Shown: positions 35,925 to 48,745, counted from the stretch's first letter. The stretch: DNA of 64,000 nucleotides from Malacoraja senta (GCA_038087875.1 CM075988.1:23934001-23998000); one strand, 5' to 3'. Program-made: numbers and translations. Notes: generated from the letters alone by a model not told the origin.

Positions 35925-36290
35925 AGACAATAGACAATAGGTGCAGGAGTAGGCCATTCGGCCCTTCGATCCAGCACCGCCATTCAATGTGATCATGGCT
36001 GATCATCCCCAATCAGTACCCCGTTCCTGCCTTCTCCCCACATCCCCGGACTCCGCTATCTTTAAGAGCCCTATCTAGCTCTCTCTTGAAAGCATCCAGA
36101 GAACCCGCCTCCACCGCCCTCTGAGGCAGAGAATTCCACAGACTCACCACTCTCTGTGAGAAAAAGTGTTTCCTCGTCTCCGTTCTAAATGGCTTACTCC
36201 TTATTCTTAAACTGTGGCCCCTGGTTCTGGACTCCCCCAACATGGGGAACATGTTTCCTGCCTCTAGCGTGTCCAAGCCCTTAACAATCT
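35925..36290 (-). mobile_element. CR1 3' fragment
   Basis: ORF 36013..36276 and (GACAATA)n tail. Confidence 0.85.
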
Positions 36291-36309
36291 AATTTAAAAG
36301 GAACACAAA

Positions 36310-36860
36310 AGGTGGCGGGTATATGCAACGAGCTGCCGGAGGAGGTAGTTGAGGCAGGGACTATCGCAACGTATAGAGTGATATAGTGTGGAAACAGGCC
36401 CTTCAGCCCAAGTTGCCCGCACCGGCCAACATGTCCCAGCTACACTAGTCCCACCTGCCAGCATTTGGTCCATATCCCTCCAAACCTGTCCTATCCATTT
36501 ACCTGTCTAACTGTTTCTTAAATGTTGCGACAAGCTGCCTCAACTATCTCCTCTGGCAGCTTGTTCCATACATTCTCCACCCTTTGTGTGAAAAACACAT
36601 GTGTATGAAATATTTAGACAGGTACATGGATAGGACAGGTTTAAGGTCATATAATTGATAGGAGTAGAATTAGGCCAATCGGCCCATCAAGTGCATTCCG
36701 CCATTCAATCATGGCTGATCTATCTCTCCCTCCCAACTCCATTCTCCTGCCTTCTCCCCATAACCCCTGGCACCTTTTTTAGAGGGATATGGGGCAAACG
36801 CAGGCAGGCGGGACTAGTGTAGATGGGACATGTTGGCCAGTGTGGGCAAGCTGGGCGCAA
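36310..36860. mobile_element. Cluster of nested CR1/HER1 3' fragments in both orientations
   Basis: Pieces match 51550-51870 (in both orientations) and 32970-33320. Confidence 0.7.
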
Positions 36861-38399
36861 GTTAGCAGTTTATCTTATTTCTTCAATATCCTTTGGAATA
36901 GAGTGTGAACAATTGTCAGGTGTGTGTGTTACTGTATGGATATTGCAGGCACGGGGCTTCTGATTATAATCAACTGCGTGTTTGATTGCAACTTCGCAGT
37001 TGAAGGCTTATTTCAGACATGTGACCCTGGAGGTGTGACAAATTCAGATGGATGCATTCGTAAGATGTGGCGTAAGAGACCCAGGCTCAGAACGAAACTC
37101 TTAATTATGGAGCCTGATAACTGACTGATACAGAGTGGAAGTGTACAGGACACATCTGGTAAAGTGCTAGATGCATATTAAACCCAACTCTGAATATAAT
37201 TTACAGCGCGTACAAATGGCTAATGTTACAAAAAGAGAGAAAATGCCATTCGGGCTGAATTAAGTCCTGACTGCACGCTAATAATTGGATTAATTTGGGC
37301 TTGCTTACTCTGTGTGTGGGTCATGACAGCTGAGTTTAATTGGATATTGGAGTGTGCATATTTGATAAGGATCCTAAGCATTTCCACTTGTGGAGAAGGA
37401 GGAGGGTTGTTTTTATTCATTCAAGGGACGTGGGGCTCACAGGAATCTCTGCCCCGCGTTCATAGGGGCAGAATTTGTTCACTCGACCCATCAAGTCGAC
37501 TCCGCCATTCAATCACGGCTCCAGCGTTTAACACCCATCCCTAATTGCCTCTGAGAAGGTGTTGGTGAGTGGCCTCTTGAATCGCTGCGGTCCTTGACGA
37601 GTGGGTATACCCACAGGGCTGCTAGTGACCTGGGCACCCAACCGCTAAGGCCCCCAGCCTGGGGCTGACGTAGATCGGTGAGCCGCTCCAGTAGAACGAA
37701 CGAACGATCGATCGATCCACCGACCGACCGAGCGCGCGTGGAACGGACTTTGGAAATGGCGCCCAATATGGCGACGACTGCAGGTGTAATGGCAATTTCA
37801 AACTTTCCAACTTTCTGTTGCCATTACTACACGGGCAGGTAGGAGTGAACTTCCGCAGACGATAAAAAACACATCCTCCAGTCATTATTTCCTGTTTAAT
37901 TGATTCTTCATTGAAGTAGTTGTACAAACAAAGGGATGATTCATGCCAAGTATTCCTTATTCTCATGCAAGCTGTAACTTTCTGTTCTCTCTCATCTGGT
38001 AAGAACTGTGTCCTCTCTCTCCTGTGCCTGGTCTGATCTGGTCACTCCCCATGACTACGCTATATCTAACGTCCTACAAAGCATCAAGAGCCCGCCCCCA
38101 AGTGTTCAAAATAATACTGCTGGAAATATCTAGACAAAATAATAATATATGCCAAGAGTAGCTAGCCTAAACCTAAATGGCTCCTACAGCAGATGCACAT
38201 CTGCAAAAACAATTCCACTCTGCAGTTACACATGAGGCAAATGAAGCCCTGTTAAATCAACAAGGCATCGTTGGGTGGGAGGTCAGGACTCAGCGATGGT
38301 GAAGGAATACGGATATATTTCATGTTCAGGATGGTGTGTGGCTTTGAGGTCTCTGTGGTGGTGTTGCCATGGTTCTGGCTGTCCTTCTCCGAACTGGTA

Positions 38400-38790
38400 G
38401 TTTAAAAGAATGAGGGGGGACCTCATTGAAACCTACAGAATAGTGAAAGGCTTGGATAGAGTGGATGTGGAGAGGATGTTTCCACTAGTGGGAGAGTCTA
38501 GGACTAGAGCTCACAGCTTCAGAATTGAAGGACCTTCTTTTAGGAAGGAGATGAGGAGAAATCTATTTAGTCAGAGGGTGGTGAATCTGTAGAATTCTTT
38601 GGCACAGAAGGCTGTGGAGGCCAAGATAGTGGATATTTTTAAGGCAGAGATAGATAGATAGATTCTTGATTAGAGTGGGTGTCAGGGGTTATGGGGAGAA
38701 GGCAGGGGAATGGGTTTTGGAGAGATAGATCATCCATGATTGGATGGCGGCGTGGACTTGATGGGCCGAATGGCCTAATCCTGCTCCTAT
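38400..38790 (+). mobile_element. CR1 3' fragment
   Basis: MRGDLIETYRIVKGLDRVDVERMFPLVGESRTR. Confidence 0.85.
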
Positions 38791-38924
38791 TGGTGAGTTG
38801 CTGTAGAAGGTGCAAGCTGTGGCTATTGGTTACAGCATGCAGTGTAGATGATACCAGCAGTTTGTACATCTGGAGTGGGTGGTTGTGAGCCCGGTGCCTA
38901 TCAAGTGGAATGCCCCGTGTTCAT

Positions 38925-39630
38925 AAGGGCAGAATTAGTTTACTCGACCTAATCATGGCTGAACTATCTCTCCCTCTCAACCCCATTCTCCTGCCTTCTC
39001 CCCATAACCCCTGACACCTGTACTAATCAAGAATCTATCTATCTCTGCCTTTAAAATATCCATTGACTTGGCTTCCACCGCCTTCTGTGGCAATGAATCC
39101 CACAGATTCACCACCCTCTGACTAAAATTCCTCCTCATCTCCTTTCAAATAGTACACAATTTTATTCTGTGGCACCGACCTCTGGTCCTAGACTCTCTCA
39201 CTAGTGGAAACATCATCTCCACATCCACTCTATCCAGGCCTTTCACTATTTGGTAAAGCCCCTGTCCCACGATGCGAGTTTACCCAAGAGCTCTCCCGAG
39301 TTAAAAAAGAAAAAAAATCAAACTCGTGGTACTTCATCACGAGTATTTTTTAACTCTTGGACAGTTTTCACAGTTGAAAAAACTTCACGAGTTACCGCGT
39401 TTCCCGAGTACCTGCCGTTAGCATTACGAGCCACTACGAGACATCCACGAGCTCCGACGTACCTGCTACGTACATTCTACGTACTTACCACGAGTTTGAT
39501 TTTTTTTAAAACTCGGGAGAGCTCTTGCGTAAACTCGTATAGTGGGACAGGGGCTTAAGTTTCAATGAGGTCCCCCCTCATCCTAAACTCCAGCGAGTAC
39601 AGGCCCAGTGCCGTCAAACGCTCATCATAT
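38925..39630 (-). mobile_element. CR1 3' fragment interrupted by a MITE
   Basis: actatttgg-TAA-[MITE]-TAA-gtttcaatgagg rejoins into CR1. Confidence 0.8.
39257..39555. mobile_element. PIF/Harbinger-type MITE, TAA TSD
   Basis: AGCCCCTGTCCCAC...GTGGGACAGGGGCT, with TAA at 39254-39256 and 39556-39558. Confidence 0.85.
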
Positions 39631-39789
39631 GTAAACCCTGTCACCCAGACAAGCAGAGAGTTCTTTATATGGAAGGAAATGTCAAGCCTCAAATACTATA
39701 CATACCAAATGTCTTTAAAAATCCCTGATATTCTGCATCGGCACGTTCCCACATTCACCCTACTGATTAAATCCTTAACAAAGTGTTAG

Positions 39790-41000
39790 ATTTGTGAAAC
39801 ATGATAGCATTATACAGCTGTGCTTTCTCCGCCTAATCATATATTTTAAATAACCTGTTATCACACCTCAATGATGGATTCTAATATTTTATCAACCTTA
39901 ATTGTCAATTTTCTTTCTCTTCCTTCCCTCCCCCCCTCTCCCCACACTCCCCATCCCATCCACGTTTATGAGCTGCAATATTTAATTTGCTAACTTTACA
40001 CTCTACCGGGGCAGTTCCAGAAGCTCTGGGACTTTACAAGATCATCAGATGTATCTGCCGTCTCTGTAGTCGCCTCCGGGGATGTCGACGATGGGGCTCG
40101 AGGGGTTTATCTTGTTCCAGTCCCGTCCATTCCTCCTTTACTCTTTAGCGACATTAATTACTTTGAGTTTCTCAATGGCGTCAGAGGCTTGCTTCCCTCC
40201 CATTTCAACAGCATTTAATAGCCTGCAGTGAAGACGCATACAACTTATTTGTTAACGCATCAGCTATTTTTTTAAATTCTTCATTATTTCTCAACTTTGA
40301 ATGGGATCAATATTTATTTTTGCTTCTCCCTTATTGGCCGCAGAAGGTCTTAGAGTTTACATTTGAATCTTTTCGGCCGATTTACTCAATCTTTCTTCTC
40401 ACCATTGATTTTTATTTAGTCCTCTGGTTATTTTTGTTTTTGCTTTCTCAAGCGTTCATTTCCCTCAGTCTCACTGCTCATCTCGGCTATGTTATAAACC
40501 CTTTCTTTTCATTTAATTATTTCCTCAGCCTCCTTGGTTAGCCAGGGAGCAATTATTTTTCACATGGAGTTTTTTTATTTTTGTGCCATACCTTTGTGGA
40601 GGATTTTTGAAATATTAAAAAAAAAAAAATTCATTGTTTATGTACTGGCAAGCAATTGTTAATCTTATTTTCCAATCTACCTTTGCTAATGTGTCCTTAG
40701 TAATTGGCTTTAACTAAATTCAAAGCGTTAGTATTTGATGGATCTTGGTGTCTTTCAAACAGCCTACACATTTTGACACTATTGTGATCACTTCTCCCTT
40801 GAGAATGGCTTATAATGAGATTACTAATTAACCCTGTCTCATTAAGCAAGATAAGGTCTAAGATAGCCTGTTCCCTGGTTACTTCTGTGATGTACTGTTC
40901 CAGAAATATTGTCCCAAGTATATTCTATGAACTCAACCTCCAAACTAATTTTGCCAATTTGATTTGTTTTGGCTGCACAAAGAGTACAATCCCCCCTGGA
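39790..41000 (-). mobile_element. Old, highly decayed CR1 ORF2 remnant
   Basis: Faint reverse-strand CR1 signatures (ttgtgatcact, ataaggtctaagatagcc, cttggttagcca). Confidence 0.4.
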
Positions 41001-41149
41001 TCGTTGAATTACTTTTTCAAGAGCTTTCTTATTTCTTGATTAACTCTTTCTTTATTTACGTTATTGCTGTTTGGGATACCATAAACCACTCCAGCCAACC
41101 TTGTTATTGTCCCTGGCTATCAAACTGTACGAGTGTACAACTGTTTCAA

Positions 41150-41797
41150 ATCGGACATGTCGCGGGGTGACGCCTGTTTGGTCGTGAGTAGTCGCCCAAA
41201 GAGTCGTACCTTTTTGATTCCTGGGATGTCAGGACTTTCATATGAAGAAAGACTGGATAGACTCGGCTTGTACTCGCTAGAATTTAGAAGATTGAGGGGG
41301 GATCTTATAGAAACGTACAAAATTCTTAAGGGGTTGGACAGGCTAGATGCAGGAAGATTGTTCCCGATGTTGGGGAAATCCAGAACAAGGGGTCACAGTT
41401 TAAGGATAAGGGGGGAAATCTTTTAGGACCGAGATGAGGAAAACATTTTTCACACAGAGAGTGGTGAATCTGTGGAATTCTCTGCCACAGAAGGTAGTTG
41501 AGGCCAGTTCATTGGCTATATTTAAGAGGGAGTTAGATGTGGCCCTTGTGGTTAAAGGGATCAGGGGGTATGGAGAGAAGGCAGGTACGGGATACTGAGT
41601 TGGATGATCAGCCATGATCATATTGAATGGCGGTGCAGGCTCGAAGGGCCGAATGGCCTACTCCTGCACCTATTGTCTATGTTTCTATCTATCTATGTTC
41701 CTGGTCGCCACTGGATTTTCAACATGTTGAACATTTTCAGCAACTATGACGGGTGCTGGCAGTCGCCGAAAAAAATCACGTAAGTGGAACAGGCCCA
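41150..41797. mobile_element. Partial Harbinger-type MITE (family of 52764-53097) interrupted by a CR1 3' fragment (+, 41214-41697)
   Basis: gagtcgtacct | CR1 | gttcctggtcgcc rejoins as the reverse complement of 52870-52910. TIR gtggaacaggccca at the right end. Confidence 0.75.
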
Positions 41798-42239
41798 TTT
41801 AAATCGATAACCTTTCCCATACCTAAGCCTTGCACAGCAATGAACCCAAGACTAAGTCCATTTGTTTCAGAACTACATGCCCAGAAGCTCATTTGTCAAG
41901 CTCACAAGGGCACTGCTCAAGCCTGCTTTAGCTTTTACCATTTGACAGAGAGCTCTTCAAGTTTTAGTTTTGAGATACAGCATGGAAACAAGCACCTTCG
42001 GACCACAGAGTCCACACCGACCATCCATCACCCGTTCACACTAGTTGTAAGTTCTCCCACTTTCACCTCTACCCTCTACGGGCTAACCTCTAAGTTGGAT
42101 TAACCATCGGTATTTTTTGTTTGCACCATATTAAATCAATATAAAGAAGAAATATATTGGAGTGTATAATATAGTTAGAGAAAAATGCTGATAAAAAAAA
42201 AATTGCTGGGCCTCAATGAGGTGGGTTGGAGGAATCGGA

Positions 42240-42452
42240 GGAATTCTGTGGAATTCTCCGCCTCAGAGGGCAGTGGAGGCGGGTTCTCTGGATGCTTTCA
42301 AGAGAGAGCTAGATAGGGCTCTTAAAAATAGCAGAGTCAGAGGATATGGGGAGAAGGCAGGAACGGGGTACTGATTTGGGATGATCAGCCATGATCACAT
42401 TGAATGGCGGTGCTGGCTCGAAGGGCCGAATGGCCTACTCCTGCGTCTATTG
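42240..42452 (+). mobile_element. CR1 3' fragment
   Basis: CR1 3' UTR. Confidence 0.8.
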
Positions 42453-43440
42453 AATCTCGACCCGAAACGTCACCTATTCCTTCGCTCCACCCGCTGAGTT
42501 TCTCCAGCATTTCTGTCCACCTTCGATTTTTCCAGCATCTGCAGTTGTTTCTTAAACATATCGTTGAAGCGAATCATTGAGTTTGTGCGTTGCTGCAAGC
42601 TGCTGCAAAGGTTGACCTTGACTTGTTGATTCTTTGCAGTGTATCGCAATGTGCATCACAGCTCAGCGCAGTGGTAATGTACATCAACAAAGGATGAAAT
42701 CTAATTGCCAGGCTGGTGTTTCCAACGTTGTCGTGTTTCCTCATCACCCCACTGAGGAAGGAGCCAAATTGTGTGAATCAACCAGAAAGCTGGGATTGTT
42801 CTTGAAAAAAGGGAGAACGGTTCATGGGAAGTTTAATGTGGGCGTACAAAACTATAAAGGGTTTCGATAGCTTCTTTTTCATTTACTCTTATGAGCCTTG
42901 CCAAGAAGACGAGAAAAGGAAAGACGCATCTACGATAATTGGCAGCAGAAGCAATGGGGTGATGAAGAGCTACTGTTTATGCGTTAACTTGTTGTGAAGC
43001 AAAAAATGATTCCTGAGGGGTTAGTGGAGACAGATTCACCAGTGGCTCTCAAAAGAAAATTAGTTCAAAGGTTCAAAGGTTCTTTATTAGTCACAAACAC
43101 CAATTGGTGTAGTGAAATGTGTATTGGCATTGCAGCATATTAAAAAAGAATACAACATAACAATAATAAAGAAATTCAAACATAAAAACATCTCCCCACA
43201 ATGGTTCCGCATTATGAGGGAAGGCACAAAGTCCAGTCCCCATCCCCATGTCCACCCATAGTCGGGCATATTGATGCCTCCACAGTCGCCTTTACGGAGG
43301 CCCGATCTTTTCGGCCCTTCTCGCCGGATGATGGTGCTACGGCGTCGGGAGAATCCTCTCAGCGACTTGGGATACCTGGAACGGCCGCTTCCTTACCGGA
43401 GACCGCGGCTTCCGATTAGACCTGGGAACGGTGTAAGACA

Positions 43441-43725
43441 GGGCACAGCGGTAGAGTTGCTGCCTCACAGCGCCAGAGATTTGGGTTCGATCCCGACTAC
43501 GGGTGCTGAATGTACGGAGTTTGTACCAACTGGGGTTTTCTCCGAGATCTTCAGTTTCCTCCCACAATCCAAAGACGTACAGGTTTGTAGTCTAATTGGC
43601 TTGGTGTAAATGTAAAATTGTCCCTAGTGTGTGTAGGGTAGATTTAGTGTGCGGGGATCGCTGGTCGGTGCGGACTCGGTGGGCCGAAGGGCCTATTTCC
43701 ACGCTGTATCTCTAAACTAAGCTAA
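43441..43725 (+). mobile_element. HE1-like tRNA-derived SINE
   Basis: A-box-like ggcacagcggtag, B-box gggttcgatccc, and tail gggccgaagggcctatttccacgctgtatctctaaactaa. Confidence 0.85.
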
Positions 43726-44849
43726 AGAAGCTGCCTGACCGCTGAGTTACTCCATCTTTTTGTGTCTAATTATCTGCAGTAACATCCTACACATTTTTGT
43801 CTCGTCAATGTTTTCTGCTCTTTTGCTTTCTCATTCTACTTCTTGATCTTCTGAGCTGGGATCTTTTCTCCTGACTGAAACTCTGTTCTTTATTATCAAG
43901 TCTGTAGATTGGTTATTGCATGTGAATTAATCATAGTGGAAATAGCATCATTAACCCCACCTTACTGTATGCTTCATACTAACACCCACTTCCTACACTG
44001 GTCAGTCTTGGAAGCGGTAACGATGAACTAACAACTAACAACCTACTATGTGTACAGATTAAAGATGACTTTGAACTCCAGATTGTGCAGCTCGCTTATT
44101 TACAAAGTCTGTTCCCCCCTCTTTGTCTCACTCTTCTAACAGTTAAGTGCGTTGTAAATGTAATATCTAGTCTTGGTCATTTTGCAACCATATCTATTAC
44201 ATTGTGCCAGTTCATTTCTGTTTGTGCTGTGACTTCAACTATCTTGTTATGAAGGCTGTGTGCATTGAGATAAAGAGCTTCAGTTTTGTCTTCTTACAAT
44301 TTTACTCTGCTCCGACTTTAATTGGAGTATTGCGGTTACGTTTCAGTGCTCTATCTCTACCTGACACGCCACGCTTGTCATTCCCATTTTGTCACCCTGC
44401 ATTATCTCCTTGTCCTTTCTTTTTAATTTTCTAAATTCCCTTCACCAAAACGCACACCCACCTCCATCCACCCCCCGCCCCCCCCCCCCCACCACCAATC
44501 CTCCCCAGCGCTATAACTACCGAACTTAAACTGTGTGAAAACGCACACCACCAGATCTCATGGACAGCTTCTTCCCAGCTGTTATCAGGCGACTGAATAA
44601 TCCTATCACAACCCGAGCTACTATCTACATCTTTGATGACTATCCTTGATCAGACTTTGCTGGCTTTAAACCTTGCACTAAACGATATTCCCTTATCATG
44701 TATCTATACACTGTAAATGGCTCGATTCTAATCATGTATTGTCTTTCTGCCGACTGGATAGCACGCAACAAAAAGCTTTTCACCGTACCTCGGTACATGT
44801 GACAATGAACTAAACCGAGACAGAAACTTAACTGTAGCTCTGATCATCA

Positions 44850-45300
44850 AAGCAGCTATTTTTATTTATATACCTGCCATGAAATCAAAATGTCTCAATA
44901 AGCTGCACAGATAGTAAAGTATTTTTGTTTTATAATCACTTTTGTAACGGTAGAGCAAGCCATTTTCAAAGCCAACTCCCACACCAACTCCAACACCGTG
45001 GTATTGGTTCAGAGATGAAATATTGGCCCGGAAAACCGATAAAACTCTGCTTTTGTTTTTAAAATGATACGACAGTGATTTTTTTTAAATTCCTTTGGCA
45101 ATAACCTCAGCTTGTGTCTCTTTGGAAGAAGTAGATGTAGCCCAGCGCTGGTCTTGCATCTCGCACAAAAAGCTCGCAGGCTCGGAGAGCGCTGCCCTGC
45201 TTCATCTGCCTTGGTTACCTGCTCAAAGCTCAAGTGGGACTTTAACCCAAACCCTGCAGACGTGAAATCTGCCCCCCCAATGTGATGCAGCTGACCTGCA
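44850..45300 (-). mobile_element. Decayed Deu-domain SINE (SacSINE1/AmnSINE-like), tentative
   Basis: Collinear motifs resembling the reverse Deu-SINE as recalled (ttggttcagagatgaaatattggcccggaaaaccg ... gctcaagtgggactttaaccca). Not aligned computationally. Confidence 0.45.
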
Positions 45301-45322
45301 CAGGGACATATGTTCAGATGAG

Positions 45323-45532
45323 GTAGACACAAAAAGCTGGAGTAACTCAGCGGGACAGGCAGCATTTCTGGAGAGAAGGATTGGGTGACGTTTCGGGTTC
45401 GAGACCCTTCTTCAGACCCGTCCCCAAACGTCACCCATTCCTTCTCTCCAGAGATGCTGCCTGTTCCGCCGAGTTACTCCAGCTTTTTGTGTCTATCTTC
45501 GGTTTAAACCAACATCTGCAGTTCCTTCCTGC
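45323..45532. mobile_element. Fold-back Penelope-derived element with hammerhead motif and 17-bp TSD
   Basis: ACATATGTTCAGATGAG at 45306-45322 and 45533-45549. Inverted arms at ~45324-45394 and ~45426-45497. Confidence 0.8.
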
Positions 45533-46839
45533 ACATATGTTCAGATGAGAATTGCCTTTGTGCCAAAAGACAGATAAGGGGTAAAAAAAAAAAAGCCTCT
45601 GATATCAAATCAAAAGAACAATATTACGTTACATGGGATGAGCAGCCATGATCACATTGAATGGCGGTGCAGGCTCGAAGGGCCGAATGGCCTACTCCTG
45701 CACCTATTGTCTATTGTCTATTGTCTATTACCATGGCAGTGGGTGAGAGGGAGTGACATTTCAACCATCTGCCCATGTGGAGTACCTGACGGAGTTATTT
45801 GTTGACACTGTTGATAATTGTTTCTTTATTCACCTTGTTGGGGAGAGGACTTGAGAATAAAACCTTTCAGATTCAGGTTACACAATCTTTATACAACGTC
45901 CCTTTAAAGTATGCCACAGCTGCACATGTTCTCCAGAGAAGAACATGAAAGACAGTTATGCAACCAGGTGTCAAACCCGTACGCACACTGGAATATTTCA
46001 ATGATTGCATAAAAGAGCTAAAGGTTAAAGCAATTGGATCGGTGTAGAAAGCGATGTGGATGGAATAACCTGAAGGGTAGGTCTGACATCCTCCACAGAC
46101 TGGTTACAGTTTCAGTTTCGTTCAGTTTAGAGATACAGCACAGAAACAGGCCCTTCGGCCCACCGGGCCCACGCCAATGGGCCAATGACCTCTGGAGAAA
46201 AGGAATTGGTGATGTTTCGGGATAAGACCCATCTTCAGACTTTATTACCAAGTCTGAAGAAAGGTCTCGACCCGAAACGTCACCTATTCCTTTCTCTCCC
46301 GTGATGCTGCCTGACCCGGTGAGATCCTCCTGCTGTTTGTGTCGAACATTGAAGAGTGTGGTCTCTGGCCCTCCAAACTGGGGTGGTGGTGAGGAACTTC
46401 ATGTAAACCAGGGAACTGGTACCTGGGTGATGTTTCGGGACGTGCGTGGCCTTTCCTCAGTCTGAAGCAGGGTGTCGACCCGAAACGTCACCCATTCCTT
46501 CTCTCCCGAGATGCTGCCTGTCCCACTGAGTTACTCCAGCATTTTGTGTCTACCTTCGATTTAGACCAGCATCTGCAGTTCTTCCTACACAAACTGAAGG
46601 CACATTTCACATGGGCAATAGTGTGGGGAAATTTTATTCTGTACAGCATATTGAAAGAAAGGGGTTAGGAGGGAGCGATGGATCAGCCATGATTGAATGG
46701 CGGAGTAGACTTGATGGGCCGAAAGGCCTAATAATTACATCTCATAGTAAGTGGTGGGCTAGTCAAGGTTGCAATGTGAATATATTGCTTCACTGTAAAA
46801 GGCAGCATGGTTTGGAATTTGCTAGATCTGGGCACGGAG

Positions 46840-47700
46840 ATGGAATCAGGGCAAAGGCACTTCAACACTTCTACTTAGAAGCTTGAACAGATTTGGCACG
46901 TCGCTGAATACCTCGACAGGTGTTCTGTAGAACGCACCTCCACAGGTGCACTGTAGAATGAACGTGTACAGGTGCTGTGTAGAATGAACCTGTACAGGTG
47001 CTGTGTAGAATGAACCTGTACAGGTGCTGTGTACAATGAACCTGTACAGGTGCTGTGTAGAATGAACCTGTACAGGTGGTCTGTAGAATGAACCTGTACA
47101 GGTGCTCTGTAGAATGAACCTGTACAGGTGCTGTGTAGAATGAACCTGTACAGGTGGTCTGTAGAATGAACCTGTACAGGTGCACTGTAGAACAAACCTG
47201 TACAGGTGTTCTGTAGAACGCACCTCTACAGGTGCACTGTAGAAAGTATCCTGACGGGTTGCTTCACGACCTGTTGCAGCAATTCCAATCCTCAGGAATG
47301 CAAGAGGCTGCAGAGAGTGGTGGACTCAGCCCGGTCCATCACATCACAGTCCGGCCCCACCATTGAAGCATCTACGTGAGGCTTTGCCTCAGGAAGGCAG
47401 CATTTGAAATGAAGGGTCCCCACACCCCTCCGCTCTGCAACCATCGGGCAGGAGGTACAACTGGAGAGCAGTCCTGAACTACTATCTACCTCATTGGTCT
47501 CCCTCGGACTGTCTTTGAGTGCATTTTTACGGGCTTTATCCTGCGCCGAACGTTATTCCCTTTATCGTGTATCCGTGCACTGTGAATGGCCCGATTGTAA
47601 TCATGTATTGTCTTTCCGCTGGCTGGTTAGCGCGCAACAAAAGCTTTTCACTGTATCTCGGCAGAAGTGACAATAAACTAAACTGAAACTGAAACAGAAA
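46840..47700 (+). mobile_element. Rex/Babar-type LINE 3' fragment containing a minisatellite
   Basis: YRCTVESILTGCFT...CKRLQRVVDSA. The 3' UTR ends tgacaataaactaaactg. Confidence 0.7.
46913..47243 (+). repeat. 26-bp minisatellite, about 12-13 units (TGTAGAATGAACCTGTACAGGTGCTG)
   Basis: Directly visible tandem units, each containing the palindrome ACCTGTACAGGT. Confidence 0.95.
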
Positions 47701-48049
47701 GCTGAATTTCCACATGGCCACGTTTCGGAACTGCTACTTCCTTGAAAAGACAACCCTAATGTTCCCTCGACGATGAAACACAATGGACCACCTCTTCCAA
47801 AACAATAAACTTGTCTTCTAAGTGTGTTTGGCACTAATGTCTTGTTTCTGCACAGGCCTTTTTTCTTTTCAATGCGTGGTGTGATTTATATATTATTTAT
47901 GTTTTGTATGTCGCCTGAGTCTGTGGCTCTGCAAGAATGTTTTCACTGTACCTGCACCTTATGGAACGTGCATATGACACTAAATGGGACTTGTCCATCA
48001 CCACTTCATCAAGTCATTTTTATAATATCATCTTCTCCTTCATGGATAA

Positions 48050-48745
48050 AAGAAACATAGAAACATAGAAAATAGGTGCAGGAGTAGGCCATTCGGCCCT
48101 TCGAGCCAGCACCGCCATTCAATATGATCATGGCTGATCACCCCCAATCAGTACCCCGTTCCTGCTTTCTCCCATATCCCTTGATTCCGTTAGCCCTCAG
48201 AGCTATATCTAATAGCCCTGTCCACTGTACGAGTTAATTCAAGAGCTCTCCCGAGCTTAAAAAAAAAATCAAACTCGTAGTAAGCACGTAGAATGTACGT
48301 AGCGGGTACGTCGGAGCTCGGGGACGTCTCTTAGCGGCTCGTAACGCTAACGGCAGGTACTCGGGAAACGCAGTCAGCTCGGGAAGACTCGTGAAGATTT
48401 TTCAACATGATAAAAAATGTCCACGAGAGCCCCGCCGAGTACCGACGAGCGGCCATTACCGTAAATCTCCGAGTTTGAATCAGGGGAAACTCGGGAGAAC
48501 TCTTTGAATGAACTCGTACAGTGGGACAGGGCTTTAACTCTCTCTTGAAAACATCCAGTGAATTGGCCTCCACTGCCTTCTGTGGCAGAAAATTCCACAG
48601 ATTCACAACTCTCCCGGGTGAAAAAGATTTTCCTCATCTCAGTCCTAAATGGCCTGCCCCTTGTTCTTAAACAGTGACCCCTGGTTCTGGATTCTTAAAC
48701 TGTGACCTCCTGGTTCTGGATTCTTAAACTGTGATCCCTGGTCTC
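48050..48745 (-). mobile_element. CR1 3' fragment interrupted by a MITE, with a ~28-bp triplication at its truncation point
   Basis: (GAAACATA)n tail; ttcttaaactgtgacc..tggttctgga repeated at 48664-48742. Confidence 0.8.
48213..48534. mobile_element. PIF/Harbinger-type MITE, TAA TSD
   Basis: TAA at 48210-48212 and 48535-48537. Same family as 34358. Confidence 0.85.

Noticed and set aside
43441..43510. tRNA genes at SINE heads
   Set aside because: The A/B-box-like motifs continue into SINE body and LINE-derived tail, with no complete cloverleaf.
46913..47243. CRISPR-like array of palindromic 26-bp repeats
   Set aside because: The units are head-to-tail with no unique spacers, there are no cas genes, and the context is eukaryotic. 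It is a minisatellite.
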